Shown piece by piece: positions 1 to 11,792 of a stretch of 64,000 bases of DNA. Below the pieces are notes generated by a model. The model saw only the letters and a list, made by a program, of their open reading frames with translations. It was not told the origin of the DNA and made no database searches. Origin of the DNA: the human T2T-CHM13v2.0 reference genome, Homo sapiens; assembly GCF_009914755.1 (NCBI RefSeq), contig NC_060937.1, one strand, 5' to 3'. Positions within the stretch are counted from its first letter, which is position 1, and every line of letters starts with the position of its first letter. The translations under genes and the position numbers were made by a program.

Positions 1-143
1 GGCGATCGAAATGTCCACTTCCACAAACTACAAAAAGAGTGTTTCAAACCTGCTCTATGAAAGGCCATGTTCATCTCTATGAGTCGAATGGAAATATCCG
101 AAAGAAATTTCTGGGAATGCTGCTGTCTAGTTTTTATACGAAT

Positions 144-160
144 TCCCGCTTCCAACGAAA
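144..160 (-). promoter_or_regulatory. CENP-B box (TTTCGTTGGAAGCGGGA), repeated in every HOR
   Basis: Plus-strand TCCCGCTTCCAACGAAA; its reverse complement matches the 17-bp YTTCGTTGGAARCGGGA box with all core bases. Confidence 0.95.
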
Positions 161-484
161 TCCTCAAAGCAATCCAAATATCCACTTGCAGAATCCACAA
201 AAAGAGTGTTTCAAAACTGCTCTATCAATAGAAAGGTTCAACTCTTTTAGTTGAGTACACACATCACAAACAAGTTTCTGAGAATGCTTCTGTCTGGCTT
301 TTATTGGAAGACGTTTCCTTTTCACCAAAGGCATCAAAGCGCTCCAAATGTCCACTTCCAGATTCTTCCAAAAGAGTGTTTGAAACGTGCTCAAAGTAAG
401 GGAATGTTCAACTCTGTGACTTGAATGCAGATATCACCAAGTAGTTTCTAATAGTGCTTCTGTCTAGATTTTAGATGATGATAT

Positions 485-501
485 TCCCGTTTCCAACGAA
501 A
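485..501 (-). promoter_or_regulatory. CENP-B box (TTTCGTTGGAAACGGGA), repeated in every HOR
   Basis: Plus-strand TCCCGTTTCCAACGAAA matches the consensus. Confidence 0.95.
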
Positions 502-655
502 TCGTTAGAGCTATCCAAATATCCACTTACAGTTGCTACAAAAACAGTGTTTCCAAACTGCTGCATCAAAAGAAAGGTTCAACTCTGTTAGTTGAGGACA
601 CACGTCACAAAGAAGTTTGTGAGAATGCTTCTGTCTAGATTTTGTATGACGATAT

Positions 656-672
656 TCCCTTTTCCAACGATA
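656..672 (-). promoter_or_regulatory. Degenerate, probably non-binding CENP-B box
   Basis: Minus strand TATCGTTGGAAAAGGGA breaks both the TTCG and CGGG cores of NTTCGNNNNANNCGGGN. It lies exactly one monomer (171 bp) after the intact box at 485. Confidence 0.85.
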
Positions 673-993
673 TCATTAAAGCAATCTAAATATCCATTTG
701 CAGAATCCACAAAAATAGAGTTTCAAAGCTGCTCTGTAAAAAGAAAGGTTCCACTCTGTTAGCTGAGTACACACATCACAAACTTGTTTCTCAGAATCCT
801 TCTGTCTCGTTTTTATGGGAAGATATTTACTTTTTCACCGTAGGCATCAAAGCGCTCCAAATGTCCACATCCAGATACTCCAGAAAGAGTGTTTCAAACC
901 TGCTCTATGAAAGGGAATCTTCAACTCTATGAGTTGAATGCAGACATCAGAAAGAAATTTCTGAGAATGCTGCTGTCTACCTTTTATTTGAAT

Positions 994-1010
994 TCCCGCT
1001 TCCAACGAAA
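994..1010 (-). promoter_or_regulatory. CENP-B box (third intact box of the 7-mer)
   Basis: Plus-strand TCCCGCTTCCAACGAAA. This gives 3 intact boxes per 7-mer. The 11-mer has 5 (e.g. 2524, 2865, 3374, 3714, 4052). Confidence 0.95.
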
Positions 1011-2356
1011 TCCTCCAAGCTATCCAAATATCCACTTGCAGATTCCACAAAAAGAGTGTTTCAAAACTGCTCTCTATCAATGGCAAAGTTCAACTCTGTT
1101 AGTTGAGGACACATATCACCAACAAGTTTCTGAGAATGCTTCTGTCTATTTTTTATGGGAAGATATTTCCTTTTTCACCATAGGCGTCAAGGCGATCGAA
1201 ATGTCCACTTCCACAAACTACAAAAAGAGTGTTTCAAACCTGCTCTATGAAAGGCCATGTTCATCTCTATGAGTCGAATGGAAATATCCGAAAGAAATTT
1301 CTGGGAATGCTGCTGTCTAGTTTTTATACGAATTCCCGCTTCCAACGAAATCCTCAAAGCAATCCAAATATCCACTTGCAGAATCCACAAAAAGAGTGTT
1401 TCAAAACTGCTCTATCAATAGAAAGGTTCAACTCTTTTAGTTGAGTACACACATCACAAACAAGTTTCTGAGAATGCTTCTGTCTGGCTTTTATTGGAAG
1501 ACGTTTCCTTTTCACCAAAGGCATCAAAGCGCTCCAAATGTCCACTTCCAGATTCTTCCAAAAGAGTGTTTGAAACGTGCTCAAAGTAAGGGAATGTTCA
1601 ACTCTGTGACTTGAATGCAGATATCACCAAGTAGTTTCTAATAGTGCTTCTGTCTAGATTTTAGATGATGATATTCCCGTTTCCAACGAAATCGTTAGAG
1701 CTATCCAAATATCCACTTACAGTTGCTACAAAAACAGTGTTTCCAAACTGCTGCATCAAAAGAAAGGTTCAACTCTGTTAGTTGAGGACACACGTCACAA
1801 AGAAGTTTGTGAGAATGCTTCTGTCTAGATTTTGTATGACGATATTCCCTTTTCCAACGATATCGTTAAAGCAATCTAAATATCCATTTGCAGAATCCAC
1901 AAAAATAGAGTTTCAAAGCTGCTCTGTAAAAAGAAAGGTTCCACTCTGTTAGCTGAGTACACACATCACAAACTTGTTTCTCAGAATCCTTCTGTCTCGT
2001 TTTTCTGGGAAGATATTTACTTTTTCACCGTAGGCATCAAAGCGCTCCAAATGTCCACATCCAGATACTCCAGAAAGAGTGTTTCAAACCTGCTCTATGA
2101 AAGGGAATCTTCAACTCTATGAGTTGAATGCAGACATCAGAAAGAAATTTCTGAGAATGCTGCTGTCTACCTTTTATTTGAATTCCCGCTTCCAACGAAA
2201 TCCTCCAAGCTATCCAAATATCCACTTGCAGATTCCACAAAAAGAGTGTTTCAAAACTGCTCTCTATCAATGGCAAAGTTCAACTCTGTTAGTTGAGGAC
2301 ACATATCACCAACAAGTTTCTGAGAATGCTTCTGTCTATTTTTTATGGGAAGATAT

Positions 2357-2373
2357 TTCCTTTTTCACCGTAG
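2357..2373 (+). promoter_or_regulatory. pJalpha motif of A-type monomer (representative)
   Basis: TTCCTTTTTCACCGTAG matches the TTCCTTTTYCACCRTAG motif that occupies the CENP-B-box position in A-type monomers. Variants occur in the other box-less monomers. Confidence 0.75.
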
Positions 2374-2380
2374 GCGTCAA

Positions 2381-4248
2381 GGCGATCGAAATGTCCACTT
2401 CCACAAACTACAAAAAGAGTGTTTCAAACCTGCTCTATGAAAGGCCATGTTCATCTCTATGAGTCGAATGGAAATATCCGAAAGAAATTTCTGGGAATGC
2501 TGCTGTCTAGTTTTTATACGAATTCCCGCTTCCAACGAAATCCTCAAAGCAATCCAAATATCCACTTGCAGAATCCACAAAAAGAGTGTTTCAAAACTGC
2601 TCTATCAATAGAAAGGTTCAACTCTTTTAGTTGAGTACACACATCACAAACAAGTTTCTGAGAATGCTTCTGTCTGGCTTTTATTGGAAGACGTTTCCTT
2701 TTCACCAAAGGCATCAAAGCGCTCCAAATGTCCACTTCCAGATTCTTCCAAAAGAGTGTTTGAAACGTGCTCAAAGTAAGGGAATGTTCAACTCTGTGAC
2801 TTGAATGCAGATATCACCAAGTAGTTTCTAATAGTGCTTCTGTCTAGATTTTAGATGATGATATTCCCGTTTCCAACGAAATCGTTAGAGCTATCCAAAT
2901 ATCCACTTACAGTTTCTACAAAAAGAGTGTTTCCAAACTGCTGCATCAAAAGAAAGGTTCAACTCTGTTAGTTGAGGACACACATCACAAAGAAGTTTGT
3001 GAGAATGCTTCTGTCTAGATTTTGTATGACCATATTCCCTTTTCCAGCGATATCATTAAAGCAATCTAAATATCCATTTGCAGAATCCACAAAAATAGAG
3101 TTTCAAAGCTGCTCTGTAAAAAGAAAGGTTCCACTCTGTTAGCTGAGTACACACATCACAAACTTGTTTCTGAGAATCCTTCTGTCTCGTTTTTATGGGA
3201 AGATATTTACTTTTTCACCGTAGGCATCAAAGCGCTCCAAATGTCCACATCCAGATACTCCAGAAAGAGTGTTTCAAACCTGCTCTATGAAAGGGAATCT
3301 TCAACTCTATGAGTTGAATGCAGACATCAGAAAGAAATTTCTGAGAATGCTGCTGTCTACCTTTTATTTGAACTCCCGCTTCCAACGAAATCCTCCAAGC
3401 TATCCAAATATCCACTTGCATTTTCCACAAAAAGAGTGCTTCAAAACTGCTCTATCAATAAATGTTCAACTCCTTTAGCTGGGTGCACACATCACAAACA
3501 AGTTTCTGAGAATGCTTCTGTCTAGTTTTTATGGGAAGACATTCCCTTTTTCACCAAAGGCATCAAAGCGCTCCAAATGTCCACTTCCAGACACTACAAA
3601 AAGAGTGTTTCCAACGTGCTCTAAGAAAGCGAATGTTCAACTCTGTGACTTGAATGCAGATATCACAAAGTAGTTTCTGAGAGGGCTTCTGTCTAGATTT
3701 TAGATGATGATATTCCCGTTTCCAACGAAATCATTAGAGCTATCCAAATATCCACTTACAGTTTCTACAAAAAGAGTGTTTCCAAACTGCTGCATCAAAA
3801 GAGAGGTTCCACTCTGTTAGCTGAGTACACACATCACAAACTTGTTTCTGAGAATCCTTCTGTGTCGTTTTTATGGGAAGATATTTACTTTTTCACCGTA
3901 GGCATCAAAGCGCTCCAAATGTCCACATCCAGATACTCCAGAAAGAGTGTTTCAAACCTGCTCTATGAAAGGGAATCTTCAACTCTATGAGTTGAATGCA
4001 GACATCAGAAAGAAATTTCTGAGAATGCTGCTGTCTACCTTTTATTTGAATTCCCGCTTCCAACGAAATCCTCCAAGCTATCCAAATATCCACTTGCAGA
4101 TTCCACAAAAAGAGTGTTTCAAAACTGCTCTCTATCAATGGCAAAGTTCAACTCTGTTAGTTGAGGACACATATCACCAACAAGTTTCTGAGAATGCTTC
4201 TGTCTATTTTTTATGGGAAGATATTTCCTTTTTCACCGTAGGCGTCAA
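2381..4248 (-). repeat. Representative 11-mer HOR type a (1868 bp); 11 copies
   Basis: 7-mer plus a 678-bp 4-monomer block with GAACTC (EcoRI site lost), AGTGCTTC and ATCAATAAATG (2 bp shorter). Starts: 2381, 5439, 13427, 17675, 19543, 23791, 28039, 41977, 46225, 51663, 61181. Confidence 0.93.
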
Positions 4249-7200
4249 GGCGATCGAAATGTCCACTTCCACAAACTACAAAAAGAGTGTTTCAAACCTG
4301 CTCTATGAAAGGCCATGTTCATCTCTATGAGTCGAATGGAAATATCCGAAAGAAATTTCTGGGAATGCTGCTGTCTAGTTTTTATACGAATTCCCGCTTC
4401 CAACGAAATCCTCAAAGCAATCCAAATATCCACTTGCAGAATCCACAAAAAGAGTGTTTCAAAACTGCTCTATCAATAGAAAGGTTCAACTCTTTTAGTT
4501 GAGTACACACATCACAAACAAGTTTCTGAGAATGCTTCTGTCTGGCTTTTATTGGAAGACGTTTCCTTTTCACCAAAGGCATCAAAGCGCTCCAAATGTC
4601 CACTTCCAGATTCTTCCAAAAGAGTGTTTGAAACGTGCTCAAAGTAAGGGAATGTTCAACTCTGTGACTTGAATGCAGATATCACCAAGTAGTTTCTAAT
4701 AGTGCTTCTGTCTAGATTTTAGATGATGATATTCCCGTTTCCAACGAAATCGTTAGAGCTATCCAAATATCCACTTACAGTTTCTACAAAAAGAGTGTTT
4801 CCAAACTGCTGCATCAAAAGAAAGGTTCAACTCTGTTAGTTGAGGACACACGTCACAAAGAAGTTTGTGAGAATGCTTCTGTCTAGATTTTGTATGACGA
4901 TATTCCCTTTTCCAACGATATCGTTAAAGCAATCTAAATATCCATTTGCAGAATCCACAAAAATAGAGTTTCAAAGCTGCTCTGTAAAAAGAAAGGTTCC
5001 ACTCTGTTAGCTGAGTACACACATCACAAACTTGTTTCTCAGAATCCTTCTGTCTCGTTTTTATGGGAAGATATTTACTTTTTCACCGTAGGCATCAAAG
5101 CGCTCCAAATGTCCACATCCAGATACTCCAGAAAGAGTGTTTCAAACCTGCTCTATGAAAGGGAATCTTCAACTCTATGAGTTGAATGCAGACATCAGAA
5201 AGAAATTTCTGAGAATGCTGCTGTCTACCTTTTATTTGAATTCCCGCTTCCAACGAAATCCTCCAAGCTATCCAAATATCCACTTGCAGATTCCACAAAA
5301 AGAGTGTTTCAAAACTGCTCTCTATCAATGGCAAAGTTCAACTCTGTTAGTTGAGGACACATATCACCAACAAGTTTCTGAGAATGCTTCTGTCTATTTT
5401 TTATGGGAAGATATTTCCTTTTTCACCGTAGGCGTCAAGGCGATCGAAATGTCCACTTCCACAAACTACAAAAAGAGTGTTTCAAACCTGCTCTATGAAA
5501 GGCCATGTTCATCTCTATGAGTCGAATGGAAATATCCGAAAGAAATTTCTGGGAATGCTGCTGTCTAGTTTTTATACGAATTCCCGCTTCCAACGAAATC
5601 CTCAAAGCAATCCAAATATCCACTTGCAGAATCCACAAAAAGAGTGTTTCAAAACTGCTCTATCAATAGAAAGGTTCAACTCTTTTAGTTGAGTACACAC
5701 ATCACAAACAAGTTTCTGAGAATGCTTCTGTCTGGCTTTTATTGGAAGACGTTTCCTTTTCACCAAAGGCATCAAAGCGCTCCAAATGTCCACTTCCAGA
5801 TTCTTCCAAAAGAGTGTTTGAAACGTGCCCAAAGTAAGGGAATGTTCAACTCTGTGACTTGAATGCAGATATCACCAAGTAGTTTCTAATAGTGCTTCTG
5901 TCTAGATTTTAGATGATGATATTCCCGTTTCCAACGAAATCGTTAGAGCTATCCAAATATCCACTTACAGTTTCTACAAAAAGAGTGTTTCCAAACTGCT
6001 GCATCAAAAGAAAGGTTCAACTCTGTTAGTTGAGGACACACATCACAAAGAAGTTTGTGAGAATGCTTCTGTCTAGATTTTGTATGACCATATTCCCTTT
6101 CCTAGCGATATCATTAAAGCAATCTAAATATCCATTTGCAGAATCCACAAAAATAGAGTTTCAAAGCTGCTCTGTAAAAAGAAAGGTTCCACTCTGTTAG
6201 CTGAGTACACACATCACAAACTTGTTTCTGAGAATCCTTCTGTCTCGTTTTTATGGGAAGATATTTACTTTTTCACCGTAGGCATCAAAGCGCTCCAAAT
6301 GTCCACATCCAGATACTCCAGAAAGAGTGTTTCAAACCTGCTCTATGAAAGGGAATCTTCAACTCTATGAGTTGAATGCAGACATCAGAAAGAAATTTCT
6401 GAGAATGCTGCTGTCTACCTTTTATTTGAACTCCCGCTTCCAACGAAATCCTCCAAGCTATCCAAATATCCACTTGCATTTTCCACAAAAAGAGTGCTTC
6501 AAAACTGCTCTATCAATAAATGTTCAACTCCTTTAGCTGGGTGCACACATCACAAACAAGTTTCTGAGAATGCTTCTGTCTAGTTTTTATGGGAAGACAT
6601 TCCCTTTTTCACCAAAGGCATCAAAGCGCTCCAAATGTCCACTTCCAGACACTACAAAAAGAGTGTTTCCAACGTGCTCTAAGAAAGCGAATGTTCAACT
6701 CTGTGACTTGAATGCAGATATCACAAAGTAGTTTCTGAGAGGGCTTCTGTCTAGATTTTAGATGATGATATTCCCGTTTCCAACGAAATCATTAGAGCTA
6801 TCCAAATATCCACTTACAGTTTCTACAAAAAGAGTGTTTCCAAACTGCTGCATCAAAAGAGAGGTTCCACTCTGTTAGCTGAGTACACACATCACAAACT
6901 TGTTTCTGAGAATCCTTCTGTGTCGTTTTTCTGGGAAGATATTTACTTTTTCACCGTAGGCATCAAAGCGCTCCAAATGTCCACATCCAGATACTCCAGA
7001 AAGAGTGTTTCAAACCTGCTCTATGAAAGGGAATCTTCAACTCTATGAGTTGAATGCAGACATCAGAAAGAAATTTCTGAGAATGCTGCTGTCTACCTTT
7101 TATTTGAATTCCCGCTTCCAACGAAATCCTCCAAGCTATCCAAATATCCACTTGCAGATTCCACAAAAAGAGTGTTTCAAAACTGCTCTCTATCAATGGC

Positions 7201-8496
7201 AAAGTTCAACTCTGTTAGTTGAGGACACATATCACCAACAAGTTTCTGAGAATGCTTCTGTCTATTTTTTATGGGAAGATATTTCCTTTTTCACCGTAGG
7301 CGTCAAGGCGATCGAAATGTCCACTTCCACAAACTACAAAAAGAGTGTTTCAAACCTGCTCTATGAAAGGCCATGTTCATCTCTATGAGTCGAATGGAAA
7401 TATCCGAAAGAAATTTCTGGGAATGCTGCTGTCTAGTTTTTATACGAATTCCCGCTTCCAACGAAATCCTCAAAGCAATCCAAATATCCACTTGCAGAAT
7501 CCACAAAAAGAGTGTTTCAAAACTGCTCTATCAATAGAAAGGTTCAACTCTTTTAGTTGAGTACACACATCACAAACAAGTTTCTGAGAATGCTTCTGTC
7601 TGGCTTTTATTGGAAGACGTTTCCTTTTCACCAAAGGCATCAAAGCGCTCCAAATGTCCACTTCCAGATTCTTCCAAAAGAGTGTTTGAAACGTGCTCAA
7701 AGTAAGGGAATGTTCAACTCTGTGACTTGAATGCAGATATCACCAAGTAGTTTCTAATAGTGCTTCTGTCTAGATTTTAGATGATGATATTCCCGTTTCC
7801 AACGAAATCGTTAGAGCTATCCAAATATCCACTTACAGTTGCTACAAAAACAGTGTTTCCAAACTGCTGCATCAAAAGAAAGGTTCAACTCTGTTAGTTG
7901 AGGACACACGTCACAAAGAAGTTTGTGAGAATGCTTCTGTCTAGATTTTGTATGACGATATTCCCTTTTCCAACGATATCGTTAAAGCAATCTAAATATC
8001 CATTTGCAGAATCCACAAAAATAGAGTTTCAAAGCTGCTCTGTAAAAAGAAAGGTTCCACTCTGTTAGCTGAGTACACACATCACAAACTTGTTTCTCAG
8101 AATCCTTCTGTCTCGTTTTTCTGGGAAGATATTTACTTTTTCACCGTAGGCATCAAAGCGCTCCAAATGTCCACATCCAGATACTCCAGAAAGAGTGTTT
8201 CAAACCTGCTCTATGAAAGGGAATCTTCAACTCTATGAGTTGAATGCAGACATCAGAAAGAAATTTCTGAGAATGCTGCTGTCTACCTTTTATTTGAATT
8301 CCCGCTTCCAACGAAATCCTCCAAGCTATCCAAATATCCACTTGCAGATTCCACAAAAAGAGTGTTTCAAAACTGCTCTCTATCAATGGCAAAGTTCAAC
8401 TCTGTTAGTTGAGGACACATATCACCAACAAGTTTCTGAGAATGCTTCTGTCTATTTTTTATGGGAAGATATTTCCTTTTTCACCGTAGGCGTCAA

Positions 8497-10366
8497 GGCG
8501 ATCGAAATGTCCACTTCCACAAACTACAAAAAGAGTGTTTCAAACCTGCTCTATGAAAGGCCATGTTCATCTCTATGAGTCGAATGGAAATATCCGAAAG
8601 AAATTTCTGGGAATGCTGCTGTCTAGTTTTTATACGAATTCCCGCTTCCAACGAAATCCTCAAAGCAATCCAAATATCCACTTGCAGAATCCACAAAAAG
8701 AGTGTTTCAAAACTGCTCTATCAATAGAAAGGTTCAACTCTTTTAGTTGAGTACACACATCACAAACAAGTTTCTGAGAATGCTTCTGTCTGGCTTTTAT
8801 TGGAAGACGTTTCCTTTTCACCAAAGGCATCAAAGCGCTCCAAATGTCCACTTCCAGATTCTTCCAAAAGAGTGTTTGAAACGTGCTCAAAGTAAGGGAA
8901 TGTTCAACTCTGTGACTTGAATGCAGATATCACCAAGTAGTTTCTAATAGTGCTTCTGTCTAGATTTTAGATGATGATATTCCCGTTTCCAACGAAATCG
9001 TTAGAGCTATCCAAATATCCACTTACAGTTTCTACAAAAAGAGTGTTTCCAAACTGCTGCATCAAAAGAAAGGTTCAACTCTGTTAGTTGAGGACACACG
9101 TCACAAAGAAGTTTGTGAGAATGCTTCTGTCTAGATTTTGTATGACGATATTCCCTTTTCCAGCGATATCATTAAAGCAATCTAAATATCCATTTGCAGA
9201 ATCCACAAAAATAGAGTTTCAAAGCTGCTCTGTAAAAAGAAAGGTTCCACTCTGTTAGCTGAGTACACACATCACAAACTTGTTTCTCAGAATCCTTCTG
9301 TCTCGTTTTTATGGGAAGATATTTACTTTTTCACCGTAGGCATCAAAGCGCTCCAAATGTCCACATCCAGATACTCCAGAAAGAGTGTTTCAAACCTGCT
9401 CTATGAAAGGGAATCTTCAACTCTATGAGTTGAATGCAGACATCAGAAAGAAATTTCTGAGAATGCTGCTGTCTACCTTTTATTTGAATTCCCGCTTCCA
9501 ACGAAATCCTCCAAGCTATCCAAATATCCACCTGCATTTTCCACAAAAAGAGCGTTTCAAAACTGCTCTATCAATAGAAATGTTCAACTCCTTTGGCTGG
9601 GTACACACATCACAAACAAGTTTCTGAGAATGCTTCTGTCTAGTTTTTATGGGAAGACATTCCCTTTTTCACCAAAGGCATCAAAGCGCTCCAAATGTCC
9701 ACTTCCAGACACTACAAAAAGAGTGTTTCCAACGTGCTCTAAGAAAGCGAATGTTCAACTCTGTGACTTGAATGCAGATATCACAAAGTAGTTTCTGAGA
9801 GGGCTTCTGTCTAGATTTTAGATGATGATATTCCCGTTTCCAACGAAATCATTAGAGCTATCCAAATATCCACTTACAGTTTCTACAAAAAGAGTGTTTC
9901 CAAACTGCTGCATCAAAAGAGAGGTTCCACTCTGTTAGCTGAGTACACACATCACAAACTTGTTTCTCAGAATCCTTCTGTCTCGTTTTTCTGGGAAGAT
10001 ATTTACTTTTTCACCGTAGGCATCAAAGCGCTCCAAATGTCCACATCCAGATACTCCAGAAAGAGTGTTTCAAACCTGCTCTATGAAAGGGAATCTTCAA
10101 CTCTATGAGTTGAATGCAGACATCAGAAAGAAATTTCTGAGAATGCTGCTGTCTACCTTTTATTTGAATTCCCGCTTCCAACGAAATCCTCCAAGCTATC
10201 CAAATATCCACTTGCAGATTCCACAAAAAGAGTGTTTCAAAACTGCTCTCTATCAATGGCAAAGTTCAACTCTGTTAGTTGAGGACACATATCACCAACA
10301 AGTTTCTGAGAATGCTTCTGTCTATTTTTTATGGGAAGATATTTCCTTTTTCACCGTAGGCGTCAA
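8497..10366 (-). repeat. Representative 11-mer HOR type b (1870 bp); 6 copies
   Basis: 7-mer plus a 680-bp block with GAATTC retained, CCACCTGCA, GAGCGTTT, ATCAATAGAAATG and CTTTGGCTGGGTAC. Starts: 8497, 10367, 34667, 38917, 53871, 59311. Confidence 0.93.
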
Positions 10367-11792
10367 GGCGATCGAAATGTCCACTTCCACAAACTACAAA
10401 AAGAGTGTTTCAAACCTGCTCTATGAAAGGCCATGTTCATCTCTATGAGTCGAATGGAAATATCCGAAAGAAATTTCTGGGAATGCTGCTGTCTAGTTTT
10501 TATACGAATTCCCGCTTCCAACGAAATCCTCAAAGCAATCCAAATATCCACTTGCAGAATCCACAAAAAGAGTGTTTCAAAACTGCTCTATCAATAGAAA
10601 GGTTCAACTCTTTTAGTTGAGTACACACATCACAAACAAGTTTCTGAGAATGCTTCTGTCTGGCTTTTATTGGAAGACGTTTCCTTTTCACCAAAGGCAT
10701 CAAAGCGCTCCAAATGTCCACTTCCAGATTCTTCCAAAAGAGTGTTTGAAACGTGCTCAAAGTAAGGGAATGTTCAACTCTGTGACTTGAATGCAGATAT
10801 CACCAAGTAGTTTCTAATAGTGCTTCTGTCTAGATTTTAGATGATGATATTCCCGTTTCCAACGAAATCGTTAGAGCTATCCAAATATCCACTTACAGTT
10901 TCTACAAAAAGAGTGTTTCCAAACTGCTGCATCAAAAGAAAGGTTCAACTCTGTTAGTTGAGGACACACGTCACAAAGAAGTTTGTGAGAATGCTTCTGT
11001 CTAGATTTTGTATGACGATATTCCCTTTTCCAGCGATATCATTAAAGCAATCTAAATATCCATTTGCAGAATCCACAAAAATAGAGTTTCAAAGCTGCTC
11101 TGTAAAAAGAAAGGTTCCACTCTGTTAGCTGAGTACACACATCACAAACTTGTTTCTCAGAATCCTTCTGTCTCGTTTTTATGGGAAGATATTTACTTTT
11201 TCACCGTAGGCATCAAAGCGCTCCAAATGTCCACATCCAGATACTCCAGAAAGAGTGTTTCAAACCTGCTCTATGAAAGGGAATCTTCAACTCTATGAGT
11301 TGAATGCAGACATCAGAAAGAAATTTCTGAGAATGCTGCTGTCTACCTTTTATTTGAATTCCCGCTTCCAACGAAATCCTCCAAGCTATCCAAATATCCA
11401 CCTGCATTTTCCACAAAAAGAGCGTTTCAAAACTGCTCTATCAATAGAAATGTTCAACTCCTTTGGCTGGGTACACACATCACAAACAAGTTTCTGAGAA
11501 TGCTTCTGTCTAGTTTTTATGGGAAGACATTCCCTTTTTCACCAAAGGCATCAAAGCGCTCCAAATGTCCACTTCCAGACACTACAAAAAGAGTGTTTCC
11601 AACGTGCTCTAAGAAAGCGAATGTTCAACTCTGTGACTTGAATGCAGATATCACAAAGTAGTTTCTGAGAGGGCTTCTGTCTAGATTTTAGATGATGATA
11701 TTCCCGTTTCCAACGAAATCATTAGAGCTATCCAAATATCCACTTACAGTTTCTACAAAAAGAGTGTTTCCAAACTGCTGCATCAAAAGAGA

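Larger units (their letters stand above)
1..1190 (-). repeat. Representative 7-mer HOR unit (1190 bp); 26 copies
   Basis: Position 1 sequence recurs at 1191 and 2381. 7-mer starts: 1, 1191, 4249, 7307, 12237, 15295, 16485, 21411, 22601, 25659, 26849, 29907, 31097, 32287, 33477, 36537, 37727, 40787, 43845, 45035, 48093, 49283, 50473, 55741, 56931, 58121. Confidence 0.95.

Noticed and set aside
920-938. Inverted repeat TTCAACTC-TAT-GAGTTGAA as a terminator or structured RNA
   Set aside because: It is a short dyad typical of alphoid monomers and present in nearly every HOR. Nothing indicates a transcription unit.
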